This document shows positions 13,746 through 26,898 of a DNA stretch of 64,000 bases, piece by piece. Origin of the DNA: Gordius albopunctatus (taxonomy: Eukaryota); contig OZ193909.1 of NCBI GenBank assembly GCA_964276515.1, forward strand, positions 20,026,001 to 20,090,000. Reading direction: 5' to 3'. Position 1 is the first letter of the stretch. Each line of letters opens with the position of its first letter. The position numbers were made by a program, and so were the translations under genes. The notes beneath the pieces were generated by a model. That model was not told the DNA's origin, ran no database searches, and worked only from the letters and a program-made list of their open reading frames with translations.

Positions 13746-15130
13746 TTAGCGATAGCAACGAGTGATAAGGATAAAGGCGAATTGGGGAAGCTTTGTTAAA
13801 CCAAATAAGATTTGTTAAAAAAATTAAATTATATTAGAATGAAATTTAACACTTTCATGCATTGTGTCAATTTGGGTATGACACTTTTGTATTATGTATA
13901 GACGGCACATGTGAATTAGGAACATTAAGAGGGCTACAAAAATATAAATATTTCAATCCTTTTCATGAACGTAGCTAGGGATAGGGACTTGATAGAAATA
14001 TAGTGGTTCGGGCAAAAATTATAGAAATAACTTGGGGACGGATGGCGAAATCAAGTTTCTTAACTCTTTCAGCATTTTCATATACAATAAAATAAAAAGG
14101 TAACAAAATAATACATTGCATTGTCTAAAAAATTTCATTAAGCCCGAATCCTATCATCGTGCCTGCCCGAAAATAAAAATTTAGAACAGTTGCCCGACCC
14201 GGCTGGTCTCTGATATATAGATTATTCACATACCCTAAGGGTAATCCATACGTAGGTTACATGAACTGTACTTTTGCAAAATATATCATATTTTTTTACT
14301 ACACTTTGGTGTTATTATAATATCAATTATATTCCTATCATATAATCACTTAAATTAAGATATTCTATAATTTAATATCTGATGGTAAATAAAAAGGCGA
14401 GATCTCGCCGAAAAAATCTTGTCTCGCTCTCGGGTCAGTTTATCAAATTCTCGTCTCTTCTCGGTTTTTCGAGACGAAACAGTTATTATTATTCGGATTC
14501 GCGATTATTCTATTAATTCCTATTGAAGGACAGCCCTACGATATTTGTTCATTGAAAATACAAAAACAAATGAGCTACAAACACTTCATTAATAATACGA
14601 TGTTTTCCAACCAAAATCCACGGCACCACACATTATTTATAATTTTTCGTTAATACGTAAATTTATTCAAAATGCATACGATGCTTTCAATTTGGTTAAT
14701 GGGTTATAATTGCAAATACATATATGGAGAGATATGAGAAAACCTTTGGTTTATTTATGTTTAGTCAACTGCCAGCCGTTTTTACAACACTAGTGTATGA
14801 GTGTGTAAGATGCAAAACGACTTAGTATTTGGTATTCCTTGGGCAAAATAAAGAGGGTCTATGATTATTTTGTGACGGTGGGTCAAATGTCAGGAGCGAC
14901 AAAAAATTAAAAAAATCGTGTCGGAATGGCTTTAATACTAATAATATGCAATTCCACGGGCGAATCCAGGATTGGAACTAGGGGGAGCGGCGGCGGCAAT
15001 AATGCTTTAGGGAGGGGCAAAATTATAATTTTTGGAAAATTTAAGCCATAGGGGGGGGAGGGGAGCCGCCCCTTCCTGCCGCAATTCGATCAAGTAAAAT
15101 TGCTGTAACAGTGGACTTAATCAAAATAGG

Positions 15131-18100
15131 CTAGAGTGAAATGCCTTGAAAAAGGGGGGAATTAAGGAGGGGCGAACAGAGGCGACGATAGAGTTCCTCC
15201 TTGATGGCTTTGGTAAATTTGGTGGCGAGGCACCAAGCTGTGGCCGCTACAAAGACTAGGTTGTAGGTTAGGACGAGGTAGAAATTGCCGAGCCAACGCG
15301 ATTCCCCAAAATGTCCCAACAAATCCAATTTCGTTATACCTAATCGAAGTGAATGGAGACAGAAAGTTTGTGAGAATGAATGTTATTGCCCTTTTTTTAA
15401 TATGTGTATAAAACTTAAATATTACCAAATTTTAGCATTATATTCAATGTGAAATATGTAATAAAAATTGTGAATATAATACATCGTTCCATAATCCTAA
15501 AACTGTCTTAAAGCCTTAGCCTTTTTTAAAGTATCCACACAAAATGTTTTTCGATATGGCCAATGGGAGCGCACATTTAGAAAACATAGCGTCCATCATA
15601 TAAAGGCACATTTATAAATTAACTCAGGGACGCTGCTAAGACAAAAAAACCTGCCCCTAAAGCTTGGATCATTTAATTTGGCATAGGTGAGATAGTTCGA
15701 AACGAACAATTTAGGTAAGGTCAATTTTATAGAAATTAGAAATGAGGGATAAGGAATTTTTAATTTTTTCATAAAAAAATGCATTTAAAAGATATATTGA
15801 CTGATTATCCATTAGACCCTAATTAGTTTTGAAAACAGAGTGGCAAGCAGCTGGATCAAGGAGAAGAACTAATATTATGCGAGTAGAAAGAAGAAAAAAC
15901 TAAAACAAAAAATAAATTTTGCTAATTTACTACCTTTATAAACGAAATGAAATTCCCGCAATCTAAAAGTCTCAAACTCAATCAATTCCTACTCTTTAAA
16001 CAATACCGCAACACCAAGAAAAAAATTAATTTAAAGTTAAAATTAGTGTTGTAAAAAGGACCGGATTTTGTTTGGTAGACCTTTGGTACGCTCGGCTACG
16101 GTCTTCTTTCCAAATTTCGACTAAGCCTCCAGGTCCACTAAACAAAACCAGAACCCAGTCCCGTTTTTACGACACTAGTTTAAATAGTGAATGAGAGGAA
16201 ACCTAGGGTACGAGTTAAAACGGGAAAAGCCGAAGTGAGAATGAGCAATAACCCACAATCTATGATTATGATGGTCGGGGAAGTTGATTTCAGCTTCGGT
16301 TTCAGGCTCGACAAACAGGGTAGACCCATGAAACCGATAATACTGGCTATCTTCACGTATCTAAAAACAGTATCCGAGCAAAATACTTGGTGTAATTTTA
16401 GTAAAAAATCGGAATTTTGTTAGAAATCGGTTGCTAAATTAGAAAGGAACTCAGGAACTCACAATATAATCACAATCTCCATTAATGCTCCCAAAGGTCC
16501 GATCAGAGACAATGAATTCTTGCCAATGTTGATGTGCTGCATTTCCACGGGATCCAAAAAATAAAAATTCATTTAATGTAGCTCTTTAAATGATAAAGGA
16601 GTAAATATGCATGTATAATAATATACATGCATACACAACATAGACTGCTCATGTCATATGTTTCCTACGGTAGAATGTGTACACCATTACATCCACCACC
16701 ATTTTGAATTTAAATATCTCCCATGTCTTCTTTATGCAGTGTGTCCCAACTGTTGAAAGATAAAAAGTGAATTTACCTTGCTTACTATAGGTAATAAAGA
16801 GAAAAGAAAGCTAATAAATGATTATTAAATAAAATGCAGATGCCACTAAATTGTATTTTTTAGCATTATGAATTTCGTAAATGATATGATATATTTTAAA
16901 AAGGCGTTTTTCATGTTTAACAACTTAAATATTTTCATATTACGTTTAAAAAACACTTTAATCAACCATAATTAATATAAACTATATCTCCTGCCCTTAT
17001 TGGTGCACATTTCAAAATGGCGGAGAAACGGGACACCTAATTAAAGTTGACGAGCAGTCTATCTAGTTTATGTATATATAGGAAATATATTCTAAAATAG
17101 ACTAAAAAACTTTGGAGAAAGAAGGCAACGCTTTTTCGTCCAATAGCAATTCAAGCGAGTGGACACCCACAATCACGACTGAGATGCCCTGTTTAAAATT
17201 AAAATAAAACACAAAATTAATTTGGTAAAATGAAAAAAAAATAAATTTAAAATTGGCATAAAATACTTTAGAATTTAATAAAAATCCTTAATATTGTTTC
17301 AAAAATCACGACAAAAAATTCCGATTTTCGTGCGAATTAAAAGAAATTCATAAAGCAGCAAAAATGAATAGGAATTATCAAGGATTTTGGGCTCGGACCG
17401 GGGTGGTCAAACAAAGTAGAAGTAAACAAGGGTCATCCATTTTAATTTGCATGAATTCGTTCAGCCAGTTTCGCAATTATCCGATATAAATCAACAACCT
17501 CGACAAATTGAAAAAGGGAAGAATTTATATATAAAGGTAATAATAATGGATTTTGTGCTCCGGCGAGATGGGAAAAATTGAAGCCAACTCATTAGCTGCT
17601 AATCTATTTGCGAAAGCTGAGTAAGTCTTTTAAAGAAGCATAAGTCCACGGCAGCCATTTAAAACCGGTATAGGCATCCGCGGCAATTATTACAAAAATT
17701 ACCAGTGACAGCCAAAAAGGAAAATAAGGATAGGTAATAAGCTTACGGTCAATAGTAAAATAAAGAGCATCGCGAAGGGGTAATTAATGTTGCGCTTCCA
17801 AAATGAAGTCGAAACCAGAACTTTCAAACGGCCCACCCGCTGTTGCATGATCGCGTATTGTAGCTTCAACTTTTGCAGCCGCCGGACATTGGAACTTTTG
17901 AAGGTTCGGTCGACCGAACCCTGGAAAGTTCCCAAGTCGATTTGGTACTCGGTCGGCGTGGGGTCGGCTGGGGGCGATGCAGAATCTTAGGTTGATGAGG
18001 TATATTGATAATAAGTTAGAAATATAATATATATATATTAAATTTGAGTATTTTTGAAGAAAATTCTAAATTAAGGGTTCAACTTAGTTATAACACAAAA

Positions 18101-19913
18101 TTTTGTTTTAACTATTTCCTGACGCTATGTAAAAAATGTATAAGAGTAAAACTGTGAAGCACCGTTGTAAAAAGGGCTCGATTTTATTTGGTCAACCTTT
18201 GGTTTTAACTTACAAAAAATAAAGAGGCCAAAGGTTTTTAATCTCCTTTTCTTTGTAGTATAAAGAGACCAAACATTTCTTGGTCAAACCTTTGGTGTCT
18301 GTTTATGTTAAGTCGACTAAAACTAAAGGTCAAGTCATTACAACACCACTATGAGAATACGTACAATTTTGGAATGTGCCCAGCAAAATTCTTTGCTTTA
18401 AGTATGTTTCTTGCATTTTCACAGCATACATCTCATCCTTTAAATCGTGAAGTGGCTAAACAGATGTTAGCTTTACGTGATGATATTATTCAAATATACC
18501 ATTGGTCTAATGACTAGTTCCCCGATAACATCAAAAATACGTGCAAATCCAACTGGGGTTGAAACTTGGAAATAAGGAATCATTATATTTCCATTAAAAT
18601 AAATTTTTAATTGTTAAAAAACCTTTTATGCATACATACAAATAAAATGGAGCCCCTCACTATACCAGGTTGTGGTTCTGAAAAATGACCAAAGGTCTTA
18701 GGTCTGTTTTTTTAGTTGACCTTTAGGCTTACCCAAAATTCGGAAAAAAGACCCAAGGTTGTTAATGCATTTTGTTTAGTCTATCTATAGGCTTAGTTTG
18801 TTTGGCTCATAATAAATATTAAATTATTTTAATTGTAATAAATCTCATGCTCATATCATTATATAATATTAGTAGATGAAAAGCAAAGTTAGAACTTTGA
18901 GGGAATATATAATATTTGCACAGATATAAAAATTAGTCTGAAAAGGTGGAATTTATCAAAATTCATACAAAGTATAGGTAAGAGCAAGTTAATCTAATTA
19001 TAAGACTACTTACCCAGTAGGGTTATTACACCAAAAAGAGAGATACAATGGTATGAAAAGGGGATATAATAACTCCAAAGATCTAAGATAAAAAACAATG
19101 ATATAATTTGGTAAAATATAACTTACAAGTCCATAATTTATGTGAATGAGATGCTTCATCAACAAGTGTAGCTGAAAAAATTAGCCAAGATATTCCTGAT
19201 ATCATTATTCCATAAAGGAAGCAATCTATTGTAGTTTCATATAAACGATTTATAATTCCCTATTAAGAAAGAAGATTTAGAAGTAAACAATATAAACACA
19301 TACCTTGCGAAATCCATAAAATCCTGTAGATTCTGCAAAGAAATATGCAAATGGCAACAATATAAAAAGGCACAAATTTGAAAGTAGATATATATAAGTC
19401 CATAAACCTAAAAATGCAATGTGTTATTAGCACAACACATTTTAAAGTGCCATTAATATTTGATAAAAATTACTATTGATTAAAGGTGTATTGAGCCAAT
19501 TTAAATATTCATTATCTGGATATATTATTAGTATTTCATTGCTCAAGATTGAAAATGGAAGCAGGAATGAAGATGCAAAGCATATTGCCAAGGAGAAAGC
19601 TGAAATCCCAAAACTATAATCTAAGATAAAACCTTATTACAAATGATATATACTGACGAGATCCTTGATATTAAGACATCTTCAATATCTACATTAATTT
19701 ATTATAAAAATTAAATAAAAAACCTGTAAAGGTAACTCCCAAATCAGTCTTTTGCCACAATAATGTTAAAACAAAGGATGAAAGAAGGTATAAACCAGTG
19801 AAAAAAATTAAGCATACCTAAAATGCAGTTTAATAAGCACACAAAACTATTATTACAATATTTTCTCTAACTGTATTATTGAACCTAGTCTCTTTCTCAT
19901 CTTCTTCTGACAT
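15131..19913 (-). CDS. LMBR1L: LMBR1/LMBR1L (lilipod-like) multipass membrane protein, 14 coding exons, ~513 aa
   Basis: Exons (minus): 19913-19857, 19817-19724, 19688-19658, 19613-19474, 19407-19304, 19259-19127, 19082-19014, 18564-18500, 18455-18365, 17985-17747, 17188-17111, 16536-16463, 16360-16203, 15339-15131. All GT-AG and phase-consistent (1542 nt). Family motifs LLPFSILSNEIL, SNLCLFILLPFAYFFAES.GF, TPVGFARIF, DLLGHFG..RWLGNFY. LMBR1 vs LMBR1L cannot be distinguished. Confidence 0.93.
16640..17062. mobile_element. MITE family 'CATAGACTGCTC' (intronic copy); related copies at ~26146-26670, ~53214-53790, ~54375-54800
   Basis: Terminal catagactgctcatgtcatatg ... gagcagtctat, with shared internal sequence (aaaatggcgga, ttaaagttga) across the copies. 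Confidence 0.75.
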
Positions 19914-20888
19914 TTAAGATAATTTAAAAATTTGGATTTACATCAAATTTGAAAAATGAATGCATGAATAATATAATCACATGTTTTACGAAAATACGGA
20001 TTTCACTTTTAACCTGTTAGCTTATTCAAAGTAGAGATCTGCAACGGACCGTTTTTAGAAGGTCGGCCTACCCGTAACCCTTTTTAAAAATTAAAGGCCC
20101 GTCCGAGCCCGCCCGTAATATTTTCCCAACACTTTAGACCCGCCCGAGCCCGTCCGTAAGTTTGTTAGGCACGCCCGAGTCCGTCCTTAAATTTCTACGC
20201 CCGTTCATACCTGTTTAGAAAACCGTGCGACCCACTCAAGACCGTTCATTTTTTTAAACGAAATCCGCGCCCGGCCAAATTCATCAAAAATTCTGCATAA
20301 TTTTATTTTGTGACATATTCATAAAATATCAATAATTATAATGTAAAAATAATATATCAAAAATTATTTCCGCAGTTATTACACCTAAAAAATTTCAATA
20401 TAGTACTTTAAATTAATATAAAAAATTACAATTCCACTTTTAACAATTTACTTTTATTTGATTAATTTAAGTTAATACACCTAAGGAGTTAGAATTCAGT
20501 ATTACCATTAAATCAAAATACTTTAATAACACAGGTCTACAAATTTTGACTTTGTGATTCCATCCTGCAATCGGACCAATAATTCTGATAGAGAATTTTG
20601 CGCTGATCACAAATATGTTTTTAGTTTTTTTTCAAAATCTCCAGTTTTTTAGATAAATGAAGTCAAAGGTGTATAAAATGGCCTTTTTAAAGTATTTTGA
20701 AGTTAAATACCAACGCCATTTTAAATTTATATTGAAAAAAACTAGTGTTTTTGTGTAGATTTAAGTCTCATCTCCCCTTGTATTAATTTATTTCTTTTAT
20801 TTCACCTCTATATTTTCATTTTATACGCATTTACGTGAACCCCTTTCCCTTATCAAAATTCGCCCCACAACGTCTGGAAAAAGGAGTA

Positions 20889-21088
20889 CAGTAGAGTATA
20901 TACTGCGTACGCGATGTTTACTAACAAATATCTCTCTCCCTTCACCTACTCTCCTCTCTATCTCCTCCACTCCCGTCCCCTTCATGTGTGCTTGGATGGA
21001 TATGGGGGTGGGAGTGGAAGAGATGGAGAAAGGGAGAGAGAGATGTGTTAGTAAACAGCGCGTGTGTAATATGTACTGTACTCTACTG
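20889..21088. mobile_element. Tc1/mariner-type (TA-flanked) palindromic MITE nested in the hAT element
   Basis: TA|CAGTAGAGTA...TACTCTACTG|TA; long inverted arms (tgtttactaaca / tgttagtaaaca). Confidence 0.8.
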
Positions 21089-21299
21089 TACATTTAAGGT
21101 ATTAAGTTAATACCTTAAATGTAAATCATGCAAATTAAAATAAAATTTACTAAAATATAACGATAAAAAAGTCGAGATCTCGCCGAGATTTTTCTCGGTT
21201 TTTCCGCATCACTATATACCAGTAAAATTCGAAACCCAAAAATTTTTTGTGCATTATAATTAAGTAATTGAACTTATTAATAAATTTCTTAAAAGTATT

Positions 21300-21557
21300 T
21301 GTTGCGTTCATTGACTTAATTGTCTCATTTACATTACCTTACTACTTCGCGACGTTAATTGACTAATCAAGCATACCTCGCGGAGTCACCACTAAATGTA
21401 ATTGATTTATTTATACCTCGCGGAGGCACCACTAAACTTGATTGATTTATTCAATTAATTCACGAGTATATAAAAGGAGTTTAAAACTCTTTTTACTCAC
21501 TTTTCTTCCAACGATTTAATTTATAGTGAACAATAAAGTAATTTTTACTTATCGAAA
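21300..21557 (+). mobile_element. Solo LTR of the TRIM family at 51711-52786 (opposite orientation)
   Basis: Starts TGTTGCG, ends CGAAA, 4-bp TSD TATT on both sides. Shares CCTCGCGGAG repeats, GAGTATATAAAAG and AATAAAG with the other LTRs. Confidence 0.85.
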
Positions 21558-22004
21558 TATTCTTTACGAGGGATAAATTCTATTAAATATAATAATCTAT
21601 ATATTAAATAAAAATTATATATTTATATAATTGTTTGACTTTTAAGGACCTTTGTAATTCCATGACCGTTTATATATTTTCTGGCCCGTTAAAAAAATCT
21701 CAGCTCCGCCCGAGCCCATTCCATTGATTGTTAAGCCCATCCCGTTAAAATTTTTATAATACAAAGCCCGTCCGTACTTGTCAGCGCGCCGGATCTGCCC
21801 GTGCAGATCTCTAATTCAAAGCTGAGAAGAATATAGAATAGTAAAAGCCTGGAGCTTTTCTCAGCCAATTAAACATTGGACTAATTAAAAATTTGTATGC
21901 ATTTGAATAGAGTATATGCAAATTAGCACTATCTCAATTATGTTTTAACTGATAAGCCTTCAAATTTTTGGTAATAAAAGTGAATACATACTAACCCTAA
22001 CCCC

Positions 22005-23260
22005 AGCGCTTTTCTGCCTAGCCATTCAGGGGATTTTCCAAAAACTGCCTAACACAGGAAGCTTTTCCTGCAACCTATGGTACATTGACGACGGTTTATG
22101 ATGGGCGTCGCGAATAAAATAAGTAAAACTCAGTCTATTATACAATTCTTTGAATATTTGCCTCGAACTCAACCACCTGCAATGCGAAATAAATAGCAGA
22201 ATCACACATAACCGGTTCAGCCACATAGGCGCACCGCTGGGTGCGTCCATATTTTCCCAAAGCTCTTTGGCCAAATTTTTATTTTTATAAGGACCGTCAA
22301 ATCTACCCTGCAAAAACTTATTCTTCACCATGCCTTCTTTTGGATAAAAATTGTCTACTAATCTCGAAAATAAATCATGCACTGCGCCCATCACCCATCT
22401 TTGACTGTCCCGAGCAACCAAACATTATTTGTACGAAACATTCAGACTTCTCTGTATAATTATAGAGATTAGTCCCGTCCAATGGCTCAAACCATCCTTC
22501 CCATGATAACACGTTCCGTAGTTTATCTACCTTCGAAATAAATAATTCAGGGAAACTCCTTTCCGATTATGCCTCTTCTAAGAGCGGTTACGAATGACTC
22601 GAAACAATCCAGAGCAGGAATTAGGTATGTCTGGGGAGGAGTTACGCGTTGCCATAGGCCTCCGTCTTGGCTGTGACATCCCCATTCGTATGCCATACCT
22701 GTAAACAGCCGGGCTTACCCAATGTACATCATCCCCTCCATTAAAATATAGCAAAGGCCGCAATCCCAGGCACACAGCGATGAACAAAATCATCGGCCAG
22801 TACCTTAGGAGGACTGGCTAGCCAAGCACCTTGGACCCCGTCGGCCTTAACACAACCGACGGGAAAATACCACACGTCTTAATACTTACTCCTTGGTCCT
22901 GTGGCTGATTTTCACTCGGGACTTCACCACGGTCAATGTATTTGCCTCATCCAACTCCTCTCCTGACCTAGTAGTCATTGCAGAGAAAAGAAAGATGACA
23001 AAATATTCCTTCCTCGCGAACACGGTGTTCCTTCCCGTAGTGGCAACCACAATCAAACTTTGGCATTAAAGTTCTCGCTTTCTTGAAACAATTTGAAAAA
23101 CGATCTCTTTTATCAGGCAAAAGATCACAATGGAAATCGTTAAATCCAACATGATTTACATTCCCGGATCTATGGCATCCGTTTCGTTTCAGCGCGTTTT
23201 TATAAAGTCGTGAATGTAATTTATTCGTTTTTATGTACATATTGCAATAATAAAAAAAAT
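22005..23260 (+). mobile_element. Degenerate 5'-truncated CRE-clade (RLE) non-LTR retrotransposon
   Basis: 22600-23200 aligns closely with 39707-40360 but is frameshifted. Upstream part encodes CLLISKINHALRPSPIF, resembling the post-RT region of CRE elements. AATAAA/A-tail at ~23250. Left end approximate. Confidence 0.8.
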
Positions 23261-23951
23261 TATTAAAAAATATGTTTTCAGAATTATTTTAAGATTGCCC
23301 AAAATTTATCTAATTCGAATTTACATTCGAGTCTGAGACTGGAGTTTAAGATCCTTTCTTACCAATTAACACCCGAATATTTTCTATATGAGTGATTAGT
23401 CTTGGTTTACCCTTGCAAATACGTTACGAACCTAGACGAGTTAGTTGCGAAAACAAACTTCGATTCTAGAAAAGGAAGCAAGTTCCGGCCTCTACCAGAA
23501 CACTCTTGTCTTTAACTTCTTTCACTTGTATAAATTGAGGCGCTTGTCCCACTCCATGGAATCGATAAATTATTAAAAAAATTTTATTTTTATCTCTCCC
23601 GCACACTTTGAACCTGAATTTTATTTTCATTGTTTAAAGTAGTGTCGCAAAAACTGCTGGGTTTCATTTGGTCAACTAAACAAAAAGAGATCAAAGGTCT
23701 TTTGGTCAAACCTTTAATCTATTTATGCGACTAAGAAAAACAGACTGAAAAAAACAACATTTGCCCAAACAATACAAGGCCTTTAACACAAAAACTCTCA
23801 ATTCTCCTCAAAAATATGTGCACATAACTAATTAAATTCTAAAATAACTTTTAGATAGAATTGAATTACAGAAACACCGGAGATAAAACATAACAATTTT
23901 TAAATATATTTTTGTCATCATTAATACAAAATCTGTAGAATTGAATATGCT

Positions 23952-25944
23952 TCAAAGCGGAACTATTGAATGAGCGAGGGAATTTTGGGTGAAAAATAAT
24001 TCGCATCTTTTCAAAACGTCGAGAGTTTCTAAAATACAAGCCGGTGCCTGAACTGAGCTATGTTCATTGAGCAGAATTTTTTCCAAATCGCCCGATGTAA
24101 GTTCTGTCATGGATGAATTCGAATTTTCTAGCAAAAATAAAAAAGTAAATTTTTATAATTTGATAGTGCCTCTCAAGTTTTACCATATTTTATATCTATT
24201 TTGCAAGTGACCGAGTATTTAATATTATAAAACCGAGAAAACTAATCATAAATCACAACACAACTACTAAAGGAATATGTTTTGCCAAAGCTTAAATTGC
24301 ATTTTAAAGCTAGTAAACGATTTGTTTTAAAAGGTTTCTCGTGGTTCTATAAAGACGGTCGGGTAACGTATTCTAAATTATAAATGCCAACAAGAACAAT
24401 TGAGTACAGCTAATAATAATATTTCACACATGCCCATGATGATAATCCAACAACATAGGAATTAACCCTTTTTATAATTTCTAATCAATTTTGGATTTAG
24501 AGGGGGGCAGTCGCCCCCCCCCGGCTATGCCCAAGTCGAGACTTTGAAAACTCAACGCTCAAAACGTACCTGTTAATTCGCCCAGTCCTGGAGTGTTGAA
24601 GTAGCTCGATACCTCTTCGCTCCCCCAACCCCTTTGCAGATTTTGCAGCTCAACTAGCAGAGCACCGGCCAACTCCGATTTTTCTTCTGGACCATCCGCC
24701 TTAATTCCTAATCAATATGAACATGGTGCTACACATGGGCGGGGCAATAAAGATTTAGAGAGGGGTAACAAAAATTTTAATAAATTTCATCAAATTTTTG
24801 GATTTAGTGGGTTCCTGCCCCCCCCCTCTGGCTATGACCATGGTGTTAAAACATGAAAGTTGCTGAAATATAAATCCAAATTCAAGGGAGTTTCCGTGAG
24901 GTTCAACGAGATAGGTGGCTTTAAACATGAAATCGGCTATAACGCTATAACTCAATAACCTTCTTTTTTTTATCAAACTGTTCATTTCAAATTACTCAAA
25001 TTTAAGCTAAAATCTAAGGAAATTAAAGATGCCGATTTATTATAACTTAAGGTCTGGTAACCAGTTAGTCGTCGGATATGAATTGTAAAAAATAATTGTT
25101 TAAGCATAGTTTTACATATTTCAAAGTGTTTTTCGAATCTTTTTTACATTCACCAAGCTAGCATGTAAAAAACAGGGCCACATTTTAAAGACTTTTCAGC
25201 GTTTTCAGCACTTTTAAAGCTTTTTTTTCTTCAATTTTCCACAATTCTGTGTTGGTACATTAAATTTTTAATTGCTATTTTTGCCTTCTTCAACAAGCCA
25301 CATCTTTGGAGTCCGATCCTTTGGAATTTATCATCTAGCAGAGTGCGAATCGCAAAAACTTTAAGAGGCCCCGACAATCAGGGAGAAAATGAAATATCAA
25401 AATGTGACCCTCTAATGTTGTAATTAAGGAAACGTAGGGAGCGAGCTTTTAAAGAGAAAGTGTATCACAGTCATAGAAGCGCTTCTTTAACAAACCAAAG
25501 TAAAAGAAGTCAAGAATATTGACAACATTAATTATTATCAAACAACATTTAATTTTTTAAAAAAAAATCTTTATTAGGTAAAATCTATATATATGAAAAA
25601 TATTAAACACGATCATTAAATAAATAAAAAGCCTTTAGTCTGTTTTCCCCATTTCGACCAATCCTAGAGGTCGACTAAACATAACAGACCTCAACCGTTT
25701 TCACAAAACACAAGTTAATACCATTGCAGAAAGCCTTATAACGGGCCAAAGTGAAATTGAGTGCGAGCGAAAGTTGCGAGGTTCGCTCGAAGCCTTTGGC
25801 GTAGAATTCGTTGTAGGCGTTTTGATATCCGTCCTTGTAACCAGCGTTGGAATGACTATCAGCCATTTTAAAATATCCGCTAGATGTCGCCATACCCAAT
25901 GATGCATCGTCTTCTACGGGGTCAGTACCATCATCGCCCCACAT
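23952..25944 (-). CDS. Small 3-exon gene (~178 aa), probable YAE1-like protein (Yae1 N-terminal GY.DG motif)
   Basis: Exons 25944-25722, 24707-24570, 24127-23952; GT-AG, phases 1/1, open frame of 537 nt. Acidic N-terminus followed by HSNAGYKDGYQNAYNEFYAKGF, resembling Yae1_N. The gene structure is more certain than the identity. Confidence 0.65.
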
Positions 25945-26898
25945 GGTAGGGGACGGGAGGGTGAGGGTTTCGATGGGCGTTTGTTATAAAATCTTTTGGC
26001 AAAGCGGGTAAAAAATACTTAAAGTTTGAATCGCTAAAATTATATTATATATACTTTAAAATAAAAATCACAGTAAAATGACAATAATACGAAAAGGTGT
26101 TTCAAACATATATGATCGATTGGGGGCATTATATCCATGTATTACATAGACTGTTCATGTCATATATTTCATATGGTAAAATGTATACCAATAAATCCAA
26201 ATTGCTTTAACCACTTCTGTGCAAAATGTAATATAGGCAAGGGTTAGGGTTAGATTTAGTGATTTATTTGATAATATGTATTTATTTATAAAATAGTATT
26301 ATACATTTTGATATAACTTATTTTGTTTCAATTAACAATTATAGTATCCTTTTATTACGTAGTTTTTTAGTACATATTACATGCGTATGAATATGCGTGA
26401 AAACCGGTCTCATTTTCTAAAATGCGAATATTACATTATTAGATTTTGCACATATTACATTTTGCACCAGATTCGCTTTAACATAACGGCATCATAGTAT
26501 TTTTTTAATTATGAATTGTGTAGATGATATATATATTTTAAAATTTAACTAATATAATACTTTAACTTTTAAAAACACTTTAATTAATCAAACTTAATCT
26601 AAATGTCGTTCCCTTATTTGAGCACATTTCAAAATGTCGGAAAAATAATGGTACACTAATTTAAAGTTGATAAATATATCACTTTTATAATGCAAGTTTG
26701 AACATTATAATAGCTAAACTAACTGGGAGTTTATTTGAAGTAAATGATAAAACTCAAAATATACTATAAAATATTAATTAGAGACTTAAAAGGAGTTAGA
26801 TAGAGCTCAAAGAAACTTTTCCGCAACCAATAAAATCTTTGAGGACTTTTAATTACAGCTTAAAAATGTAAATAGTTGCCAAAGAAATTGCTTAAAAC

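Larger units (their letters stand above)
20032..21813. mobile_element. Non-autonomous hAT element (1.78 kb) just upstream of the LMBR1 start codon, containing nested elements
   Basis: TIRs TAGAGATCTGCA...TGCAGATCTCTA; perfect 8-bp TSD ATTCAAAG (20024-20031, 21814-21821); subterminal GCCCG(T/A/C) repeats at both ends. Confidence 0.92.

Noticed and set aside
21991..22004. Telomere-like TAACCC repeats (also AGGGTTAGGGTTAG at ~26240)
   Set aside because: Only two units; too short to call an interstitial telomere or a proven CRE target site.
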